Below, piece by piece: positions 45,001 to 55,209 of a stretch of 64,000 nt of DNA. This stretch comes from Anthoceros angustus (taxonomy: Eukaryota; Plantae; Anthocerotophyta). Position 1 is the stretch's first letter, and each line of letters opens with the position of its first letter. The stretch covers positions 1,302,001 to 1,366,000 of the forward strand of contig VJWM01000044.1 of assembly GCA_010909165.1 (NCBI GenBank), written 5' to 3'. The notes below the pieces were generated by a model. It ran no database searches. It had not been told where the DNA came from and saw nothing but the letters and a program-made list of their open reading frames with translations. The position numbers and the translations under genes are program-made.

Positions 45001-45498
45001 TCTGAGTCACGAGCACGACTCGGGAGATTGATCAAGGTCCCGTGGCGGACTTAGCAGCGTTGTGGTGTGTGCGGGGAAGGGTGGCGGTGATCCGTGCTCG
45101 TCCGGAGCCAGCGGTCCGACAGCAATTTGGGCAACGTGGAGGAGGAACTCGGGAGGTGTTGTGAGCCGGACGGAGGCCCAGCGGAGCAGCGGAGGAGGTC
45201 CGGCTGCGTAACCAGCGTCTTTTCTAAGGCGAAGAGTGTAGCGTGAGAGGAGAGAGGAAAGGGCCGGATGCGTGAAGGATGTATGTGAACGATACGGACG
45301 ACGGGTCCTTAAACGTTTAGCCATCACTGTCTGGTGAAACGTTGTGAGTAGTTAGGAGTATGTGTGTGAGTTGGGGGTGAGCAGGCGCTAAGGACGGTAA
45401 GAATCACGAAAGCCGTGCAGCCTATCATTCCCTTGAGACGGACTTCTTCCTACAACGACACGGGATTAGGGCGCCCGTGGCCACGCAAAGTCCGCCAC
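39082..45498 (+). repeat. Gypsy 3' LTR (about 6.4 kb, with internal duplications near 39590-39990/39990-40440 and 40400-41930/41950-43260)
   Basis: Collinear with the 5' LTR, but different sub-blocks are duplicated. Confidence 0.82.
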
Positions 45499-46740
45499 TC
45501 TGCCTTGTGTTTCACCGTAGATCACCGTGAACGTGAGAAGTCGTCTATGACTGGCATAAAGTAGAGGTGGCCAAAGAGTGATCTCTTAAATGGGCCACAC
45601 AAGTCAGTATGTACTAATTGTAGCCTTCAGGTTTCTCTGGTTGTAGACCCTTTAGGAAAGGGAGAGCGGTGACTTTTGCCTAGGGAGCAAGCCTCACATA
45701 TTCCAAATTCCTCAATTCTGGTAAGTGGAATGCCTTCAGCTGCCTGAGTTGATAACATGTCTTTCATCCTTTGCATGTGCATATGTCCAAGGCGTGCGTG
45801 CCACAAATAAGACGGATTAGTGCTTGTGGCTGCAGAGAGAGAAGAGGGGTTGACAGTTGGAAAGGTTATGACGTTGAGGTGATATAGGTCGTCATCCTTC
45901 AAGTCCCCCGTGGCTATGAGGTCTCCTTGTGGAGTCTCAATAATGCTGTAACCTCCACCAAAGCACACGCAACAGCCGGATTGATCCACCTTCCGAACTG
46001 AGAATAAATTCTTTGTCAAGCCAGGTACCAGTAAAACGTCTGATATTTGTAGAGTAGAGTAGGGCTTGATATTCAGGTCCACTGTCCCGTGGCCTGATAT
46101 AGTGTGTTTAGAGTCGTCCCCAAGGCTGACGAAATGTGGAGGTGCTGCAGGTTGGATGTGGCTGAAATATTCACTGTGGGGTGTCATGTCATGAGGTACC
46201 CAAATCTACGTACTGCGTGTGGCGGAGGGGAGGCTACTAGGGAATGGTTGAGGCGATTAGTTTGTTGATGATCGCCTCGAATTTACATTACCTCACAGCC
46301 GATTGGAAACGATGACGAGATTGTGTTCGCGACATACTAGACAAGTGGGCTGCTATCTTATCTCTTATGTGTGATGTGGACAGGTGTGAAGTGATCTCGA
46401 AGTGTGAGAGGTAATCATGGATCGTCATGATGTGAAGAGGTATGCTACTTGGACGTAGCTCCAGTCATAGTCGGCTGGATCGACAAAGCCTCTGAGATGT
46501 ACTTCTTCTGCAATCAGGAGAAGAATGGAGCAAGTCCGAATCCAAGCGTAATGTAGGAGGTTGCCGTTAACTTCTTTTAGAAACCTCTGCTCTCTGTAGC
46601 TTCTTTGGGTCTCTAGTTGAGCAGCAATTCCGTCAGCCCTTGCTTGAAGGCGACGCCGTCTTTGTAAGCCTGGCATTGCGCCAGTGCTTGATTATTTCAA
46701 GTGAATGTTTGGTACAATGTCAGGCAGGCCCGAGGCGCCT
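45499..46740 (-). pseudogene. Copia protease / GAG-pre-integrase / integrase N-terminus; gag largely deleted
   Basis: DLGTS..HMTP, VLLVPGLTKNLFSV, LWHARLGH, CEACSLGKSHR, DDFSR. Only about 0.5 kb of broken sequence lies between the protease and the PBS. Confidence 0.85.
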
Positions 46741-46752
46741 GCTCTGATACCA
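46741..46752 (-). promoter_or_regulatory. Copia primer-binding site (initiator Met tRNA)
   Basis: TGGTATCAGAGC abutting the 5' LTR end. Confidence 0.9.
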
Positions 46753-47313
46753 TGTAATTGTTCATAAAGCGTGAGCAATGGATGCCTATGGGCATTACAT
46801 TATCGTTAGATTACATCTGTGTCAGGACTTGCATTTATGTGCATGACCAGGTGTTGAGCAACGCTGTGGCGTTCAGTAATCTCCTAGATACGTTTAGGTC
46901 TGTTCACATCTAAACCTACTGAACCGTGCCCTAATGGCCTTAATACTACTACCGTACCCCGAGGGGTGATTTGGAGTTAATTAATTAAATTTAATAAAAG
47001 TTGAAAAATTAGAAATAATTATACTTAAAATGTTGAATATATAAAAATTTATGAGTTTAAGATGCCGAAAACAAGGAAACTAGGGTTTGTGTGGAAAATT
47101 AGGGCCTGTTTAGGGGAGGTCTATACATATCTATTAGTTATATATATTTATAGTTTTATATTTTAATAAATGTAAAAATTTAATAAAATTATTTTTGTAA
47201 ATTTTAAAATTTTGAAAAATATAAATATCTTTGTTGAACCTTAGTTTTTTCAAAAAATAATTATTTCGGCATTATCCTGTTGAATCACCCCTCGGGGTAC
47301 GGTATTCTTAATA
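46753..47313 (-). repeat. Copia 5' LTR (interrupted by a MITE)
   Basis: Matches 24655-24840 with several substitutions and an extra segment of about 30 bp. Confidence 0.9.
46952..47302. mobile_element. Non-autonomous Tc1/mariner-type MITE with TA TSD
   Basis: Perfect 20-bp TIRs CCGTACCCCGAGGGGTGATT, TA at 46950-51 and 47303-04, AT-rich interior. Confidence 0.92.
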
Positions 47314-47318
47314 GGGTA

Positions 47319-47494
47319 TAGACAACACATTCAACATTCTCAATGCCATACCCACTGCACTGCCATTTGGCAGTGCAGTGGTTCCAGAGATTGAGGTACG
47401 GGACACACCTGAAAGCAAAGCGTTGCTGAATCATTCAGTTTGCGGTCAGGTGACTGGTCACTTCCATTCCGCTCTACGCAGGCTACGATTGCTC
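47319..47494 (+). pseudogene. GAT transporter pseudogene fragment 2
   Basis: Continues fragment 1 across the Copia TSD and matches about 54110-54288 (exon 5, intron, start of exon 6). Confidence 0.85.
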
Positions 47495-47783
47495 TCAGAC
47501 GCTTGCACTCAGAAACCTCTGGGAGAACGTTGGCAGCGGCCCACTGAGCTGGGCACGACTTTCACCCGATAGCTCATCATGAGCAGGTTCAATTTCCTCA
47601 ACTTCTTGAGGCTCCCCCGCGATCGTCGACAGATGCCCGTAGCTGCCCAACTCCATGGGCCCGGGATAGATCCTTCCAAACCGTTCTCCCTGAGTTCAAG
47701 ATAGTGCAATGCGCTCAAATCGCTGACAGCATTGGGCAGGCTCTCACTGCGGCTTCCATTGAACAAGTTGCCTCCAGTATTCG
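47495..47783 (-). pseudogene. Deleted/condensed LRR-RLK fragment
   Basis: Pieces match RLK2 near 4420-4455, 4920-4940 and 5010-5150 (e.g. LPNAVSDLSALHYLELRENGLEGSIPG). Confidence 0.75.
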
Positions 47784-49481
47784 CTAAGGAAAGAAAAGGA
47801 AAAAGAGTCCTATGATTCCATAAGGGAGGTGATAATGGCCTATAGAATGTCCACCTCCTCCGTTAGCCTGGTTACAAAAAACAAGACCTGTAACATTCAA
47901 GGGAGCTGGGCTACACAGATCCGGGTTATTGGAAAAGTCGCTTTCTTTCAGAAGCCTCTGCGAGAACGTAGGCAGCTGCCCAGTAAGGTGGTTGCTAGAA
48001 AGGTCAAGCGCAAGCAGACTGGACATACCAAGCAACGCTGAAGGGACTTCCCCCGACAACTCATTATGAGCGATGCTGAGGTTTATCAACTTCGTTAGCT
48101 GTCCCAAAGAGGCTGGAATCTTTCCGGTCAGCTTGTTGAACTTGAGACTAAGTAGAATTTGGAGATCAAACAAGTTCCCAATGCGGTCGGGAATGCTTCC
48201 GTTCAGGTAGTTGTAGTCCAGATTCGCTCCAAGTAGGCTGGAAAGGTTCCCTATCGCTTGTGGTATCTCCCCTGAAAGCTGGTTGTTATTCAGGTTCAAG
48301 AACTTCAACCTGGCCATACTACTCACACTCGATGGGATGCTACCAGTCAGTTGATTATAACTAAGGTCAAGAGCGAGCAGCTGCTCATAACCAAGAAAAA
48401 TGGAAGACGGAATCGGGCCACTCAGATTGTTGCCCGACAGATCCAATTTCCTCAAATGCACGAGGCTCCCCAACTCTTCAGGGATAGTGCTGCTAAACTT
48501 GTTGCCCCCTAAAACGAGCGTCGACAGATTCCCGCAGCTGCCCAACTCCTTGGGAATATGCCCTTCGAAACCGTTCTCCCCAAGAACCAGATGCTCCAAT
48601 GCGCTCAAATTGCCGACAGCAGTGGGCAGGCTTCCATAGAACGAGTTGAAACTCAAATCCAACGTCGTAAGCTGGTTGCAAAGGCCTATACTCATTGGGA
48701 GCGGGCCCTCTAACTGATTGTGAGACAGATCAATCCACGAGATGCTGCTCTTACATACATTTTCCGGAAAAGCGCCTTCGAAACCGTTTAAGCTGAGCTT
48801 GAGCCACTGGAGGTTCGGGATATGAGCAATCCACGCAGGCATAGGGCCCGTAAGCCCGTTCTCGGACAAATCCACAATAGTGAGGCTCTGAAGCTTTCCG
48901 AGATCCTCGGGAACAGGCCCCGTGAAGTTGTTCTGCGCAAGGAGCAGCGAAGACAAGAGCTTGGCATTGCTGAGACCCGCAGGAATGCTCCCGAAGAAAT
49001 CGTTGTTGGACAGGTCGAGGGTGACCAGGCCCTGCAACTCCCCCAACGACTCCACCAGCTGCCCGCTCAGTCCCAGCGAATTAAGCTCAAGCTTTTCCAC
49101 CCGAGTCTTGGAGTGGTCGCAAGTAACCCTCTGCCATGATCCTGAACAAAGGGTTCCCGACTCCTTCCAGCTGCTCAGCACCACGGAGCCGTTCGCACCA
49201 GCCGGAGAGTCATCGGGCGTAAGCTGTTTCTTCAACTCGAGCAGCACCGCTCCGTCGTCACAGCTTGGTGCCCAGATATCCAATCCATAAAACAGCACTA
49301 GCATCACCAAGAGCGGGACGAAGCAGCTCCGGAATCGCGTGCCCCTCCAGCCTGCGCTGGCTACACTCCAGGCCGGTTCCAGACATTCTTTCAGCCGGGT
49401 GAGCAGCCCACCAAAATCCATGAGATCCCACTGGAAAAGCCAAGAGCGGCGCCGCCACCAACACCACTCCGACCGCAGCAT
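47784..49481 (-). CDS. LRR-RLK2 paralog (RLK3) truncated within the TM helix: kinase-less LRR protein or pseudogene
   Basis: Open frame closely paralogous to the RLK2 ectodomain (NGSVVLSSWKES, CSGSWQRVTC, LLSLKFNKLTG). It ends YGIIGLFFLFFP* at the junction with the LRR fragment. Confidence 0.8.
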   Translation of the reverse strand: MLRSEWCWWRRRSWLFQWDLMDFGGLLTRLKECLEPAWSVASAGWRGTRFRSCFVPLLVMLVLFYGLDIWAPSCDDGAVLLELKKQLTPDDSPAGANGSVVLSSWKESGTLCSGSWQRVTCDHSKTRVEKLELNSLGLSGQLVESLGELQGLVTLDLSNNDFFGSIPAGLSNAKLLSSLLLAQNNFTGPVPEDLGKLQSLTIVDLSENGLTGPMPAWIAHIPNLQWLKLSLNGFEGAFPENVCKSSISWIDLSHNQLEGPLPMSIGLCNQLTTLDLSFNSFYGSLPTAVGNLSALEHLVLGENGFEGHIPKELGSCGNLSTLVLGGNKFSSTIPEELGSLVHLRKLDLSGNNLSGPIPSSIFLGYEQLLALDLSYNQLTGSIPSSVSSMARLKFLNLNNNQLSGEIPQAIGNLSSLLGANLDYNYLNGSIPDRIGNLFDLQILLSLKFNKLTGKIPASLGQLTKLINLSIAHNELSGEVPSALLGMSSLLALDLSSNHLTGQLPTFSQRLLKESDFSNNPDLCSPAPLNVTGLVFCNQANGGGGHSIGHYHLPYGIIGLFFLFFP

Positions 49482-49639
49482 CGCCACAAAGCAAAGAACG
49501 CGCGGGTTAGGGCAGGAGCACAGAGGCGTGTACTCCCCAGGCGGCCCCGCCCTGCTGCAGGATCCGTACCCGGTTCAAGGGCATCGCTTCCAAGGACAGC
49601 CCGAAACGGGCCGCCGATAAGCCATTCTTCCCTTAAGAT

Positions 49640-49900
49640 CCACTGCTTGGAATTCTCATGCCCTGGAGCAAGTCCGGAGTCCCCCAGGGAAACGTTTCTC
49701 CTATGCTGTTGCGGAGTGCCTTCTCCGTCAACCAACTTATGCTCACCTAGCATGACGCTGCCAGCATTGTCAGTGTTGAGTTGGAAGACGGAGTGGGAGT
49801 TCAGATCAGAGAAGGGTGTGAGATGGCGGAGTTTACCATCATGCCACACATCCGGAGTGGCGATAGCTTCATGCACCTCCTGGCATCAATGCTCCTGAAC
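49640..49900 (-). pseudogene. Possible CACTA/EnSpm-like transposase remnant
   Basis: TPDVWHDGKL...VFQLNTD...GLAPGHEN loosely resembles the D(I/V)xDG...LxLNxD...GxxPGPxEP motifs. Judged by eye only. Confidence 0.25.
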
Positions 49901-50939
49901 CCGTCCCAGAATGAACTTTTCACATTCTGAAGGGCGAGGACATGCTTCCAGCACCAGTTCGATGGTCCCATACAGTCGGACAGCCGCTGAAGCCTTGGCA
50001 GCCGGATTCCTTACATGAGGCGGACGATGGTGGCAAGCCTTTCCTGCTGCCACACATCAGGATAGAGTACACGCAGTCAAGCAGGAAAGGAAGAAGGGCA
50101 TGGAAGCAGCCAGGCCAGGGCTAGAGGGTAGACATGGACAGGACAGACTGCCCTGGCCAGGCTGCTTCCATGCCCGTACTTTCCTGCTTGACTGCATCTA
50201 CTCTGTCCTAAGACTGGTGCCTGCCTGGGTACACTACATATCTGGCTGGGGGTACAAGGCATCCCAATAATAACTCTCACCTGAAAGTTCAATCCAGCAC
50301 GACCACCCTCAGCGTCATGTTTGCCACAAAATTCGAAGTACTCTCTTCACTCCTGGCCGTGGTTAGATACCATCTCGGATGTGGCTCGTATGACCCTCAA
50401 GTCATCAAAATCAGATGCGCTGGGTTTCAAGGCCCGCAACCATCTTAGTACTTTGAGAAGAGAAAATCCTACGACAAGGATTGTGCGTGCCGTGTGGTGT
50501 GATCTAGTGACATATATACATACACCTCTGCTTCTCAATCATGCAGCTACCTGCTTCAAAACTAACAACCATTCAAGGATCAGATGGCCAGCCAAAATGC
50601 TTGACCCTCACCCTCTTGTCCGAACCCGTTCCTCCTCAACCCCAACACACCCTGCACAAACAAACTCAGCAGCAGCACAGTGACGGAGGCACAATCCTCC
50701 GTCCCTGCATCACACAACCATCCGGCATATGTGAGACAGGCAACCCTGAGAACTGAAACCAGGCGCAGGCTGACGAGGTTTGCAGCAACCCAGTGGTCTC
50801 GACTTCCAGAAACCTCTTGAGCCCATGCCTACTTTCCAATGTCCATCACCTTACAATCAAGGATTCACTACTCCACATGACACCCGAGCCCATTTGCATG
50901 GCCCACCAAAAGGCTCTTTGCAGGAAAGTCTCAGCAAGT

Positions 50940-51665
50940 CCTCTAAGACCCCATAGCACCAAAAAGAGCCCGTGTCCAGCTTCCAATCCCTTCGGGCTCG
51001 GAGGACTGAACAAACCTTGCCTAGTTACGTCCTGGCCAGGACTTGGCCTACAGGTGGTGAGAAACAGGAGGGTTTCAACAAGTGGTGTTCGTGGCACCAC
51101 CTGTGCAGCGTACACACTACCCGCAGGCCTTGGACAGGTGTCCTGTCGCTTCTCTCCTCCAACAACCGCAGAACAGAGAAGTCAGTGATCGTCAACCTGC
51201 CGACTCGAGCACTTCGGTACGACACCAGCCGCCTCACAATTTGCCTTGCGATTCTACATCCGTGGAATTGTTTACATGCCAACGGCTTCAAGGAGGTGGT
51301 GCTCTCACTGTTCTGCGTCCTGAGCGAATCCTCCGCAGATCTTCTCACGACTTCACCATGAGGAGTTTTCCTAAAAGACGAGATGCATGCGAATAATACG
51401 CAGAGTCGAGAAGATGTGGAAATCCTGTGCCGACGCGGATGGATGGCATCAGTGCAGTTGGCGTCGTCGGCACATTCTGTTGTACATTTGACCAGCCCGA
51501 GCAGGTGGACCTGTGGCCGTTTGCAAACACAGCGCACCTACTCACACCACTCAAGAAGAATATGTTCGGGTCTCTAACGCTCTTTGACTAACTTTTACTA
51601 GGTACCTAACCTCTTTTCTCTTCTCGGCTACACTCGGAGCTATGGAATACCGTTCTGGTCACGCG
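50940..51665. repeat. Repeat X copy 2
   Basis: Direct homolog of 11418-12110. Confidence 0.8.
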
Positions 51666-52060
51666 GCTTCGTGTGTGTGACTTTGTTTTTTGGGTGTACT
51701 CTACGAAAATATGCCACGGCATCTTTAAGATTCTTACGTATAAGATACGTATAATATGTGCTATTACGGGACAAAAACTTTGTATGACACAGTTTTCGCC
51801 TGGTGTTCCCATTGTGTCTTGTTGTTTACGGTTTTAGGGTTCCAATCACCACACATACATGTTAACACGCGGCCTTCTTGTGTTGGTCCGTATGGTACAA
51901 GCTTGTTTCAGGGTACTTAGTGCTATGTGAAATTGTACTTGTTTCAGGGTACGTAGTGCTATGTGAAACTGCACCCCATAGGCAGCAGGAAACGTTGCAG
52001 CCTTCTATGTAGCCCGTGCCAAACACACACTGCAGCCTTGCACGCAAGTGCAAATGCACT

Positions 52061-52250
52061 CAGCCGCACAGCAAACACAAATGATGAGTGTAGCGCAAAC
52101 ACAAATGCAAACGGTAAGCGCAATGCAAACACAAATGCAAACGGTAAGCGCAATGCAAACACAAATGCAAACGGTAAGCATAGCGCAAACACAAATGCAA
52201 GCAGCGGTAAACAAATGCAAGCAAGCATAGCATAAGCGCAAACACAACCG
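52061..52250. repeat. 30-bp minisatellite (GCAAACACAAATGCAAACGGTAAGCGCAAT)n
   Basis: Three near-perfect units plus degenerate flanking units. A separate ~37-bp doublet (cttgtttcagggtac.tagtgctatgtgaaa) lies at about 51902-51968. Confidence 0.85.
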
Positions 52251-52961
52251 CACACATACGCCACCTAGCATATGCATGATGCAAAGACATGAGAGGACGC
52301 AAGGAGACCCTAAACCCGAGAGAAAAAAAGTTTGTGTGTATCATGGTGAAAAGTTTGTGTGCATCATCAGTTTGACGAGATCGGTACACCGGGGGATGCA
52401 CATGTGGTCATGCGTGACATAACCCAAATCAAAAAGCTTGGGTCTCTAAACTGGTACAAACAAAAACAAACAAACAAACACATAGCGGTGACATGAAATT
52501 AGTTTTAACTATCAAACAAAATACCCATTGTGCTGTATAACGCGACACATTCCAGAGACCCAATCACGTGGCATACGTTTTCCGGAAATTTCTTGGGATT
52601 CCCCTTTTGGTCGTTCGTTTTGTTAATTCGGCAGTCAGGTGCTTTTAGGAAAGCACCTTGACATTGACTATAGCTGATTAATGGCCAGCTACCGGTGGTC
52701 TGGGGCCTTCAATGCCTCGTTGACGTCGGTCCACAAGTTGCTGTAGCTCGATGAGTTCTCATCTCGGGAAGCTCATTGCCAGCTCAATCGTTGGAGTTCG
52801 GCTCCAGCATGAATTCGGCGTGCTCGGAAGCGCAGCGTTCTTGCGCTCGTGGTCCAAATTCTGGTTTGCTTGTTCGATGGTGAACTTGAAGCCGGATCGG
52901 ACAATGTCCGCATGAGAAAGGAGCTTCACAATCCGTTGCTCAACTCCGGAACTGCTCACAG

Positions 52962-54966
52962 ATGGCCTACAGCGGTCTCGCGCCCGCAGCTCAGGCCAGT
53001 GGCAAACAGGATAGTCCCCGCAGTGTGGATAGTTGGCAGAAGGTGTCCTTCTCGGTCAAGGCAGCGGAGGAGAAGAGTGCGCGCTTAAATGCAGGGACGC
53101 TCATTGTCTTGGAGTCCAAAGGTGTGCAAAGCTCTTCTCTTCCGGCTTGTCGGACATTGAAGTCAAGAGTCCTGCTCATAAACCCTTTCTGCGTGAAATT
53201 GTAGCGTATCTGATTTGATGCTGGCCTGCCTGGCCTGCTGCTGCGGGTTGTTCGTCTGGCAGGAGATTGGTGGCATGCGGGCTATCACTTGTGTTCGGCA
53301 ATTGTAGGGGCACCTTTGCTGAGCATACCGCTAGCGATTTCCTTGCTAGGATGGTATGCAGGTGTTTTTGCTCTCTTATTCTGTGGGGCGGTGTCCATGT
53401 ACGCGTACAGTGTCCTTTCCACGTTGCTTGATCGGGCAGAAGAGGAGGGACATCGGCAGGTTCGGTACCGAGATCTTGCTCGCTACATTCTAGGTGATGA
53501 TCTGGTTTGGCTGGCTGGAGTTCGGGGTTGGTTTTGTTGCCTTGCTCCGACTTTACAGTCAGTGGGATGATACCTGCAGGACGAACTTGGGCCTACTACA
53601 TAGTAGCATTTGTACAGCTGCTGGTGTGCTATGGCAGCGTCGCTGCGTTGATTCTCTTTGGTGGAACATTCACAAAGGTTGGACAGACATTAAAGAACTG
53701 AAGCTGTAGCAACAAAAGAGGTGTCTGACCATTGTCACCGGGAGTAACGCATGTTTGTCTGCGGCTTGCAGAATATCTATCTGCTATACCGTCCTAATGG
53801 AGGCATGAAGCTGTACCAGTTCATTGCCATGTTTGGTGGCCTCACACTGTTCTTCGCTCAGATCCCCTCCTTCCATTCTCTAAGGCACATCAACCTCCTT
53901 GGCACGGTGCTCACCTTGACCTACAGCGGAATTGCCTTTGGCGGTTGCATTTACGCAGGTAGTCATTGGCAAATGCCAAGCCATTTCCGTTGGAAGGCAC
54001 TTGGGATAGCTAGCTTCTGTTCAAGTTAGTTCTGACAGCCCCTCCTGGTGCCCTCAGGACACTCTTCTAAAGCACCAGAAAAGAACTACAGCTCCACCTC
54101 AGAGGGCATCGACAAGACATTCAACATTCTCAATGCCATATCCATTATCACAACGTTTTATGGCACTGCAGTGGTTCCAGAGATTCAGGTACGGGGCACA
54201 CCTAGAAGCAAAGCGTTGCTGAATCATTCAGTTTTCGGTCAGGTGACTAGTCATTTCCATTCCGCTCTACGCAGGCTACGATTGCTCCACCGGCAGCAGG
54301 AAAGATGTTGAAGGGCCTCTTCCTTTGCTACGCTGTTGTTTGGAGTACCTTCCTCTTAGTAGGGGTATCAGGATATTGGGCTTTCGGCAACCAAGTCTCT
54401 GCGAACGTTCTGCAGGATCTGTCCCCAATCCTCCCCAGATGGCTCTCAGTATTGACGAATGTCCTTGCTGTCGCTCAGCTGGTAGCCATCACAATGGTAG
54501 GGTATTGAATATCAGCCAGGCCAGACGTTGCTCCCGCCAATTGACACGCCAGCATTAACTGCTGTGACAATTGTGGCTTTTGCAGGTGTACATGCAGCCA
54601 TGCTTTGACCTGCTTGAGGGAAAGTCTGCAGATCCCACCAGGTCCAGGTTCTCAACGAGAAATCTGCTTCCCCGGTTGGTAATCCGATCACTTGCGGTTG
54701 CGATTGCAACTCTGTTAGCAGCCATGTTTCCTTTCATAGGGGATGCCCTTGCAATTTTTGGAGCCTTTGGCTTCATTCCCCTAGACTTCATCTTCCCTTT
54801 CATCTTCCACCTTGTAGCCTTAAGGCCGTCTCCCAGAACCTACCAGTTCTGGCTGAGCCATATTATTGCGGCCATATTTCTAGTTGTTGCTTTGTTGGGA
54901 GGCGTCAGTTCCACTCGACAGCTGATCATAGATGCCAAACACTACAAGCTGTTTGCGAATGTGTAA
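52962..54966 (+). CDS. GAT1: GAT1-like amino acid/GABA transporter (AAAP family); exons 52962-53121, 53263-53493, 53580-53677, 53772-53958, 54058-54188, 54275-54496, 54586-54966
   Basis: All six introns are GT-AG and splice in frame: [93 protein letters not shown]. The symbol denotes family. Confidence 0.93.
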
Positions 54967-55209
54967 AAAGTGCCATAACCTCCAGCAAGTACCTGCTAGG
55001 AGGGTGTCTGCCAATAGTTCACAGATGAGAACAATGGATGACCTATTAACCAAGAAGCAACTAAGGCCATAGATGCCAAACACTACAAGCTGTTTGCGAA
55101 TGTGTAAAAGAACCACAACCTCCAGCAAGTACCTGCTAGGAGGGTGTCTGCCAATAGTTCACAGATGAGAACAATAGATGCCCTATTAACCAAGAAGCAA
55201 CAAAGGCCA
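54927..55209 (+). repeat. 141-bp tandem duplication of the GAT last codons, stop and proximal 3' UTR
   Basis: catagatgccaaacactacaagctgtttgcgaatgtgtaaaa... starts at 54927 and again at 55068. Confidence 0.9.

Larger units (their letters stand above)
28143..45498 (+). mobile_element. Athila/Tat-like Ty3/Gypsy LTR retrotransposon with multi-kb LTRs, nested in the Copia integrase
   Basis: Both LTRs begin TGTGGGCTATGCACTTCC (28143, 39082) and end ...GTCCGCCAC(A) (33434, 45498). The Copia reading (KHKAE / VLH..DHWAEKQTG) is continuous across the insertion. TSD not resolved. Confidence 0.88.
24655..47313 (-). mobile_element. Ty1/Copia LTR retrotransposon (degenerate) containing a nested Gypsy and a MITE
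   Basis: LTRs at 24655-24840 and 46753-47313, TSD CGGTA/GGGTA (24650-54 / 47314-18), Met-i PBS and PPT, domain order PR-IN-RT-RH on minus. Confidence 0.92.

Noticed and set aside
52061-52250. CRISPR array or repeat-protein ORFs (NTNANGKR / QTQMQTVSA)
   Set aside because: Head-to-tail 30-bp minisatellite without spacers. Open frames are a by-product of a unit length divisible by 3.
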